Positions 26,101 to 36,200 of a stretch of 64,000 nt of DNA are shown here, in pieces. The notes beneath the pieces were generated by a model. The model did no database searches, was not told where the DNA came from, and saw only the letters and a program-made list of their open reading frames with translations. A program made the position numbers and the translations under genes. How positions within the stretch are numbered: position 1 is the first letter of the stretch; the number at the start of each line of letters is the position of its first letter. The DNA comes from Mobula hypostoma (Eukaryota). The DNA lies in the NCBI RefSeq assembly GCF_963921235.1, contig NC_086128.1, positions 26,722,001 through 26,786,000 on the forward strand, written 5' to 3'.

Positions 26101-27205
26101 CACAATTATACCCTCAGTACTAATCAACAAGCTCCAAAACCTGGGCCTCTGTACCTCTCTCTGCAACTGGATCCTTGTCTTCCTCATCAGGAGACCACAG
26201 TCAGTGCAGATTGGAAATAACATCTCTTTCTCACTGACAATCAACACTAGTACACATCAATGATGCGTGCTTAGCCCACTGCTCTACTCTGTCTACAGTC
26301 ACGACTCTGTGGCTAGGCACAGCTCAAATACCATCGATAAATTTGCCGATGACACAGCTATTGCTGGCAGAGTTTCAGATGGTGACGAGGGGGTGTACAG
26401 GAGTGAGATCGATCAGCTGGTTGAGTGGTCTCACAACAACAAACTTGCACTCAACATCAGTCAGATCAAGGAATTCCTTGTGGACTTCAGGAAGGGGAAG
26501 TCGAGGGAACACACAGTAGTCCTCACCAAGAGATCAGCAGTGGAAAGGATGAGCAGTTCCAAACTCCTGGGTGTAACATCTCTGAGGATCTATCCTGGAC
26601 CCAACATATTGATGCAATTACAAAGAAGGCACAACAGTGGTGAAATTTCATTGGGAGTTTAAGGAGACTTGGTAATGTTACCAAAAACTCTCACAAATCT
26701 CTACAGTCGTGCCATGGAGAGCATTCTAACTGGTTGCATCACTGTCTGGTATGGAGAGATCACTGCACAGGATCGGGAAAAGCTGCAGAAAGTTGTAAAC
26801 TCAGCCAGCTCCAACATAGGCACTAGCCTCCCCAGTATCGAGGACACCTTCAAAAAGTGATCCCCAAAACGGCGGCATCCATCATTAAGGACCCCCATCA
26901 CCCAGGACATGCCCTCTTCTCATTGCTACCATCAGGGAGGAGGTACAGCAGCCTGAAGACAGTCAGGAACAGCTTCCTCCCCTCCGCTATCAGGTTTCTG
27001 AATGGATGGTGAACCCATGAACACCACCCCACTATTTTATTCCTTTCTTTTTGCACTATTTACTTAATTTTATTTCTTTCTTTCTTATTGTAATTTATAG
27101 TTTATTATGTATTGCACTGTACCGCTGCTGCAAAACATCAAATTTCATGACATATGTCAGTGATATTAAACCTGATTCTGATTTGGTGTGTGTGATAGAG
27201 AGATG

Positions 27206-27245
<40 letters not shown>

Positions 27246-30200
27246 TAGAGAGATGCTGTATGTGTGTGTACATACCTGTAACAGGAAGTTGTCTCTGTAG
27301 CCTATTAACTCCCTGCACACCATGTCTCTGAATACCCCAAGTTGCCCTGTTCCCCATCGGTGAGCTGGCACTTCCCCCATGTCCACACACGTTAACATAT
27401 TCCACAGCCAAACTGCCCTCTGCTCTGTCGATAACCCACCCCAACATTCCTCATGGGACCGACACTCGTGCTGTCACCAACTCTGGACTGTGACTCTGCC
27501 CCAGGCACCCCACTGGGAGCCGACACTGAGTGATTGTGGAACAGTACATCACAGGAACAGGCCCTGTCTGTGCCAAAATTTATCCTATCATGTTCCCCAC
27601 CCCTCCACCTGTCCATATGTCGGTTACTGGGTGGGTTTAATGGCCTCTTCCTGGGACGACAGCCTGCGTTCAGTGGGAGGGGTTACCTGGACATACGCTC
27701 GTGGGATTAGTGGGGGTGCAGTCCCAGAAGAGTTTGGTGTGTCTGAGTCCTCTGTCTCCTCCCTGTCACAGCTGCCACATTCTCCGAGAGGTACCTGGGT
27801 TTGTCAGCGCGACAGGACGAGAGTTATGTGGTGAGTGTGTACTGTAGTTGCTTCAGTGTGGGATAGTGAGGGAGGGGCGGTGAGGAGGGAGTGTGACACT
27901 GTGGGAGGGGCAGTGAGGAGGGAGTGTCGTGCTGTGGGAGGGGCGGTGAGGAGGGAGCATCACGCTGTGGGAGGGGCGGTGAGGAGGGGCGGTGAGGAGG
28001 GATTGTCACGCTGAGGGGGGGCGGTGAGGAGGGAGCGTCACGCTGTGGGAGGGGCGGTGAGGAGGGAGTGTCTCACTATGGGACGGGCGGTGAGGAGGGA
28101 GTGCTCTGCTGAGAGAGGGGTGGTGAGGAGGGAGTGTCACACTGTGGGAGGGGCGGTGAGGTGGGAGCATCACGCTGTGGGAGGGGCGGTGAGGAGGGAG
28201 TGCTCTGCTGTGGGAGGGGCGGTGAGGAGGGAGCGTCACGCTGAGGGAGGGGTGGTGAGGAGGGAGTGTCACGCTGTGGGAGGGGCAGTGAGGAGGGAGT
28301 GTCACACTGAGGGAGGGGCGGTGAGGAGGGAGTATCACGCTGTGGGAGGGGCGGTGAGGAGGGAGCGTCACGCTGAGGGAGGGGCGGTGAGGAGGGAGCG
28401 TCACGCTGTGGGAGGGGCGGTGAGGAGGGAGTGTCTCACTATGGGACGGGCGGTGAGGAGGGAGTGCTCTGCTGAGAGAGGGGTGGTGAGGAGGGAGTGT
28501 CACGCTGTGGGACGGGCGGTGAGGAGGGAGCGTCACACTGTGGGACGGGCGGTGAGGAGGGAGTGTCACACTGTGGGAGGGGCGGTGAGGAGGGAGTGCT
28601 CTGCTGTGGGAGGGGCGGTGAGGAGGGAGCGTCACGCTGAGGGAGGGGTGGTGAGGAGGGAGTGTCACGCTGTGGGAGGGGCAGTGAGGAGGGAGTGTCG
28701 TGCTGTGGGAGGGGCGGTGAGGAGGGAGCGTCACACTGTGGGAGGGGCGGTGAGGAGGGATTGTCACGCTGAGGGGGGGCGGTGAGGAGGGAGCGTCACG
28801 CTGTGGGAGGGGCGGTGAGGAGGGAGTGTCTCACTATGGGACGGGCGGTGAGGAGGGAGTGCTCTGCTGAGAGAGGGGTGGTGAGGAGGGAGTGTCACGC
28901 TGTGGGACGGGCGGTGAGGAGGGAGCGTCACACTGTGGGACGGGCGGTGAGGAGGGAGCGTCACGCTGAGGGAGGGGTGGTGAGGAGGGAGTGTCACGCT
29001 GTGGGGGGGCGGTGAGGAGGGAGCGTCACGCTGTGGGAGGGGTGGTGAGGAGGGAGTGTCACGCTGAGGGAGGGGCGGTGAGGAGGGAGTGTCACGCTGT
29101 GGGAGGGGCGGTGAGGAGGGAGCGTCACGCTGTGGGAGGGGTGGTGAGGAGGGAGTGTCACGCTGACGGAGGGGCGGTGAGGAGGGAGTGTCACGCTGAG
29201 GGAGGGGCAGTGATGAGGATCAGTGAGATGGGAGGGAGGAGGGAGCGATCCTGGAGCAGGGTGAGGAGGGGGCGATCGTGCTGTGGGAGGGTGTGAAGGT
29301 GAGGGAGCCAATGCAGTAGGAACACTTTAATGCAATGTGCCAGATGTGCTGTTCATTTGCAGAAAGCATCAGTCCTGGGGGAGGTGGAGAGGCTGAGGGG
29401 TAAAAGACTGCTCCTCGCTCACGGCACTGCAGACGGTAAGTTATATCGGGACAACAAAGCCAACAGCCCAGTGTGGCACTCAGAGTGGTGAAAGAGGGCT
29501 CTATTCTGGGAAGGGTGCAGAGAAAAGGCAATGTTCTGTGAGGGGCAGTGAGGAGGGAGGGCAGTGTTGTGGGAGGGGCAATGAGGAGGGAGCATCGCAC
29601 ATTGGGAGGAGTGGTGAGGAGGAGGGAGGGCAGTGTTGTGGAAGGGGTGGTGCTGTCTATATTCATGCAAGGGCTCTCTGTATAAATAGATAGTCTGTGT
29701 TCACTCATGGCCGGGATGTATGTTTGATAGAATAGCACTCTCAGTAAACCCCTCTCTTTCAGTACAAACCTGTCAATACACCCTTCCCTCAGTACACACC
29801 TCCCCTTCACTACACCACTCCCTCAGTACTCCACCTTCAGTACACTCCCCCCTCAGTACACCTGTCTATCAGTATAGCCCCTCCCTCAGTGCATCCTTCT
29901 GTCGGTCACTACCCCTCTCTCAGTACAGCACTGTTGACAGTACAACCTCTCTCTCTCTCTCTTTCTGACAGCCACTGTACACTTCCAGCACACAGCTGAG
30001 TTAGTTAAGCAACTGGTGGACACCAAGGCCAACTACACACTGCAGGTAGGGTGTGTGGGGAGAGCCTTTTTGCACGGCATAGTTAAACCATCATCGCTCA
30101 CGACCCCTGGGGCCATCGGGAATCACCTGATCCTCACTCCCTCGGCTGGTCCTCGGGCCAGGCATGGCTTGCCCCTCCTTGTCCATCTTCCTACATTTCT

Positions 30201-33200
30201 GTCAACCATCAGTAGCTACGTGGTGTCCCAGAGGAAAGGGGTGTGGAGTAACGACAACGAGGTTGCATGCAGGTCAGGCAGCCTCAGTGGGGGCTGGGGC
30301 AGAGATAATGCCCCCCTTATTGTGGGGTGGGGGGAAGGTGTTAAGAGTTCACTGGTGGGGAAGCATTGTGACAATTGCAGAGGGTGTGGGTGAGAACACA
30401 CTTGAAGCAGTGTGCACAGTTCTGGTCCCCTTGTTTATGAAGAAATACACTGGTATTAGAGACAGTCTGAGGGAGATTCAGAATCAAAATCAGGTTTATT
30501 ATCACTGACCAATGACGGGAAATTTGCTGTTTTGCAACAGCAGTACAGAGCAATATATAACAATTATAATAAGAATACACACACACACACAATATATATA
30601 GTATACTGTATATCGTGGAAAAAGACAGCAAGATAGTGAGGTAGTGTTCACGGGTTCAATGTCCGTTCGGGAATCTGATGGCGGAGGGGAAGAAGCTGTT
30701 CCTGAATCGTTGAGTGTGGGTTGTATCACAACCAGTTAGACTGCTCTCCATGGTACATCTGTGGAAATTTGCAAGAGTCTTTGGTGACATACCAAATCTC
30801 CTCAAACTCCTAATGAAATACAATGCCTATAAAAAGTATTCACCCCACCCCCGTGGAAGTTTTCATGTTTTATTGTTTTACAACATGGAATCACAGTGGA
30901 TATAATTTGGCTTTTTTGACACTGATCAACAGAGAAAGACTCTTTCATGTCAAAGTGTAAATAAATCTCTGCAAACTGATCTAAAATAATTACAAATATA
31001 AAACGCAAAATAATTGATTGCATAAGTGTTCACCCCCCCCCTTTAATATGACACACCAAATCATCACTAGTGCAGCTAATTGGTTTTAGAAGTCACATAA
31101 TTACTTAAATGAAGATCTGGTTTCGGAGATCTGTGTGCAGTCAAGGTGTTTCAATTGAGTATAGTAAAAAATACAGCTGTATCTGGAAGGTCCAACTGCT
31201 GGTGAGTCAGTATCCTGGCAAAAACTACATCATGAAGACAAAAGAACACTCCAAGCAACTCCATGAAAAGCACAAGTCAGGAGATGGATACAAGAAAATG
31301 TCCAAGTCACTGAATATCCCTTGGAGTACAGTTAAGTCAATCATCAAGAAATGGAAAGAATATGGTACAGCTGTAAACTTGCCGAGAGCAGGCTGTCCTC
31401 AAAAACTGAGTGACCATGCAAGAAGGGGACTAGTGAGGGTGGTCACCAAGAAACCTATGACAACTCTGGAGAGTTACAAACTTCAGAGGCTGAGATGGGA
31501 GAGACTGCGCACACAGCAACTGTTGCCCGGGTGCTTTATGGGAGAGTGGCAAAGAGAAAGCCACTGTTGAAAAAACTCCCATTAAATCTCAGCTAGAGTT
31601 TGCCAGAAGGCATGTGGGAGACTCTGAAGTCAGCTGGAAGAAGGTTCTATGGTCTGATGAAACCAAAATTGAGCTTTTTGGCCCTCAGTCAAACACTGCA
31701 CATCAAAAACACAGCATCTCTACCATGAAGCATGAGGGTGGCTGCATCATGCTGTGGGGATGCTTCACTGCAGCAGGCTCTGGAAGGCTTGTGAAGGTAG
31801 AGGGTAAAATGGGTGCAACAAAATACAGGGAAATCCTGGAGGAAAACTTGAAGTCTGAAAGAGAAATGCGACTTGGGAGAAGATTTGTTTTCCAGCAAGA
31901 CAATGACCCCAAGCATAAAGACAAAACTACACAGGAATGGCTTAAAAACAACAAAGCTAATGTCCTGGAGTGGCCAAATCAGAGTCCAGACCACAATCCA
32001 ATTGAGAATTTGTTACTGAACTTGAAAAGGTCTGTTCACTCACAATCCCCATGCAATCTGACAGACCTTGAGCAGTTTTGTAAAGAAGGATGGGGAAAAA
32101 TTAGTGTCCAGATGTGCAAAGCTGATAGAGACCTATCCACACAGACTCAAGGCTGTAATTGCTCCCAAAGGTGCATCTACTAGATACTCGCTTGAAGGGG
32201 GTGAATATTTACGCAATCAATTATTTCACGTTTTATATTTGTAATTAATTTCGATCACTTTGTAGAGATCTATTTTCACTTTGACACAAAAGTGTCTTTC
32301 TCTGTTGATCAGTGTCAAAAAAAAAGCCAAATTAAATCCACTGTGATTCAATGTTGTAAAACAATAAAACATGAAAACCTCCAAGGGTGGTGAATACTTC
32401 TTCTAGGCACTGTATAGCTGCTGGTGTGCCTTCTTTGTAATTACATTGGACCCAGGATAGATCCGCAGAGATGGTGACACTCAGGAACTTGAAACTGCTT
32501 GTCCTTTCCACTGCTGAATCCTCACTGAGGACTGGTGCGTGTTCCCTCGATTTCCCATTCCTTAGTGTTACTAACATTGAGTGCAAGATTATTGTTGTGA
32601 CGACCTACTCCAGGGTAGTTCCTGGGACCAAAAGGTTGCCCCATCGGGAGGGGGTGGACAGTTTGGATCTGTATCCTGTGGAGCGTAGAAGAAGAAGGGA
32701 GGACCTTATACAACAATCTTGGACCCTGTGGGGTAGTGACAGGGGAGATGTGGGGATGTTACAAGATTGAGGTTATTTAACACTGGGGTGTGTGGGGATG
32801 ACGTCTATCAGAGGGAGCATAATCTCTTGAATTCTCTGTCCTCCTGAGGGTGATGGAGGCTGAATCACTGGAGTTAGAGAAGTTCTAAAGAGGAGATTTA
32901 AATGTTTTGAAAATCAGGTGGGACTGGGACACAAGTGGAAATGGGGGGAGATCAGACATGATCACGTCGTGTGGAGGGGCTGGGTCACGAGTGGACTAAG
33001 GGCAGCAGAATAGTGTAGCGGTTAGTGTAATGTTTTATAGCACCAGTGATCAGGCTTCAATTCCTGCCACCGTTTGTAAGGAGTTTGTGTGTTCTCCCGT
33101 GACTGCGTGGGTTTCTCTGCGTGCTCTGGTGTCCTCCCACACTCCAAGTAGCTACGTATAGGTTAGGGTCATGCTCTGTTGGTGCTGGAAGCATGGCGAC

Positions 33201-36200
33201 ACTAACAGGCTGCCCCCAGCACATGCTCGGACTGGTTTTCAATGTCTTGATAAACATGTGACAAATGAAGCTGAAGTTCATCTTAAATTTCAGAAACTCT
33301 CTCCCTTGACAGCACCATTTCACAACAGCTCCACACAGACTATAGGGATTCGGGGAGACGGCGCATTCCCGCCTTCCTGAGGGGACGGAGGTTGGAGGGT
33401 GAGGTTGTAATCAATCAATCAGACACATTTCTCACTCCTTCTGCCTCAGGTAAAGGGGGAGTGGAGATTCCACCAGCACATGGGATTCCATTACTGGAGA
33501 CTCATCACACCAGTCTCACTGCTTGTCTGCTTGTTCATTGATTGATTTATTGAGATACAGCGCCGAGCAGGGCCCTTCTGGCCCTTCGAGCTGTGCCGCC
33601 CAGCAACACACCAATTTAACCCTCATCTAACCGCGGGACAATTTACAACGACCAATTAGCCTACCAACCGGTATGTCTCTGGGCTGCTGGAGCAAACTGG
33701 AGCACCTGGAGGAAACCCATGTGGTGAAGGCGACAACGTACGAACTCCTTACAGACAGTGGCAGGAATTGATCCTCGATTGCTGGCGCTATGAAGCGTTG
33801 TGCGAAGCACTACGCTATGTGCTCGAGGAGATGGCTCACCCCTCACCTCCCTGTGAGACCTGATCCTGAGAATTAACGTTCCAAGTGGAGATGAGACCAC
33901 GGGGGCTGGGATCTGTACCAATAAACTGGCAGAGGAAGTGGTAGAAGCAAGGACAATTACAACAGCTGAGAGGCATTTGGACAGGTGGGGGGCAAAGAGG
34001 TTAGGAAGCTTTGCCAAATCTTGTGTCACTAGAATGAGCAGGAGACGAGGGGTTGCTTATGAAAGGCAGGTTAATCACAGCAGATCTGTCTGAAAGGGTT
34101 GTAGAAAGATGGGAAAGGGCAGAGGGCAAGGGACAGAGAAGCAAATAATGCCATGCGCCTGAGACGCACAGGAGAGAAACAAAACACTGTAGGTGTGGCC
34201 ACACTTCGGAGGTCAGACAACGTCTGTGGTGAGAAAACTCCCCATATTGACCTGCAGTGTGTCCCACTCTGGAGATTCCAGAGAGGACAGGGAGGCTAAA
34301 CTGCACCCTTCCCCAGATGAGGTGTCTGCAAGGTGAAGCTTGGAGCAGGGAGTGGAGAGGGGGAAAACACACAAAATGCTGCCTTTTATGGTGGACGGAG
34401 CAAAGGTGCTCAACACAATGGCTCCTCCAGTCTGCGTTGGCTGTCACTGATGTAGAGGAGGCTGCACTGGGAATACCAGATACAATAATTGAACCCAAAA
34501 GTCTCACAGGTGAAGAGGAGAAGGGGGATTGGATGGTGATGGAAGTAGGGGAAGGGAGGGCAGTCCATGGACCAGGGTGGACAGGTCTCTGACCCGTGAG
34601 AGCGATGGTATTCTGGATCCGGGTCCCTGGGGAAGTCAGAAGGAAGGGGTGTCATGTCTGTGACCAGCTCACTGGGGAAGCTGGCAGATAAGAAGGTCTG
34701 TATTCACCTTAACAAGGCGATATTCTCTCGGCAGAGACCCCAAGCTCACAAGTACATTAGGTTTTGCTACCCTTCAGAATAGCAGGTGATTCAATGCATT
34801 ATCACTGAGGTACAGATCCAGATTTATTATCATATGTCGTGAAATGTTGCAGGGCAAAGACATAAAATTACTATAACAGTGCAAGGAAAAGGGAATTCTA
34901 CTAACAACAGTGGTATAATGTGGTTGAGAAAACATTTCAGATTTTTCAAATACCTTTTGCTGGACAAAGTCATTCAGATTGATGGTCCACCACCTTCTGA
35001 GGTTGGAGAACCCAGACAAATTAGCATTGTGAGGGCTGATACCCTGGGAATACAAAGCTCCCAGTTATCAATGGAACAAATCTGCCTGCAATCGTAGAGT
35101 CACACAGCAATACAGCACGGATACGGGCCCTATATTAATACATGCTAAACTTATTCTGTAGCCCCTAAAATAAATATAGTACACCATTGGACATATCATT
35201 TTGTCCACGATGCCGCGCCAAACGATGCCAATTTATACTAAATGTCCTCCTGCTGTGTTCTCCATCCATGATGCTATCACAGCTCTGGGCCTCGGAGTTC
35301 AGAGCTCATTTCCGGCGTCCTCTGTAAGGAGTTTGTACATCCTCCCTGTGACCACGTGGATTTCCCTTGGGTGCTCCGGTTTCCTCCCACAATCCAAAAC
35401 GTAATGGTTATTTGGCTAATTGGTCATTGTAAATTGTCCTAAGCTTAAATCGGTGGGTTGCTGGTGGCATATCCTGAAGGGACAGAAGTGACTATCCTAT
35501 GCTCTATCCCTAAATAAGTATCCCTACATTTGCCTCATCTCATCTATCTAAAAACCTGAAACTCCAATAAACCGCCTGATTTCACCACTACCCCTGGTAA
35601 TCCATTCCAGGTACCCACCACTCTCTGCTTTAAAAACCTTCCCTCTCACCTCGCTTTTAAACTCACCCTCTCAGCTTAAATGCATGCCCTTTGGTATTAA
35701 ACATTTTGACCCTGGGGGAAAAAAAATTATGGTTGTTTACTCTAACTACGCCTTTTATAAACTTACTAACCTCTCTCAGATCTCCCCTCAGCCTCCACTG
35801 CTCCAGAGAAAACAACACAAGTTTGTCTAACTTCTCCTTTTAACTCACGCCCTCTAATCCAGGTGCATCCTGGTGAACCTCTTCTGTACTCTCTCCAATG
35901 TCTCCACACTCTTCCTGTATTGGGCTGAGCAAAACTGCACACGATACTCCAAACTGCAGCTTGACCAGTTTTATAAGACCACAAGAGAGAAGAGAAGAAT
36001 TGGGCCATCATGTCTGCTCTGCCATTCCATTATGGCTGATTTATTATCCCTCTCAACCCCATTCTCCTGCCCTCTCCACATAACCTTTGTGCCCTTACTA
36101 ATCAAGAACCTATCATCCTCCGCTTTAAATATACCCTGTGACTTGGCCTCCTCAGCTATCTGTGGCAATAAATTCCACAGATTCACCACTCTCTGGCTGC

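Noticed and set aside
31109-32183. Active Tc1 transposase
   Set aside because: Split by frameshifts and deletions into partial ORFs.
33001-33075. tRNA gene
   Set aside because: A/B-box-like head continues into a SINE body; no cloverleaf.
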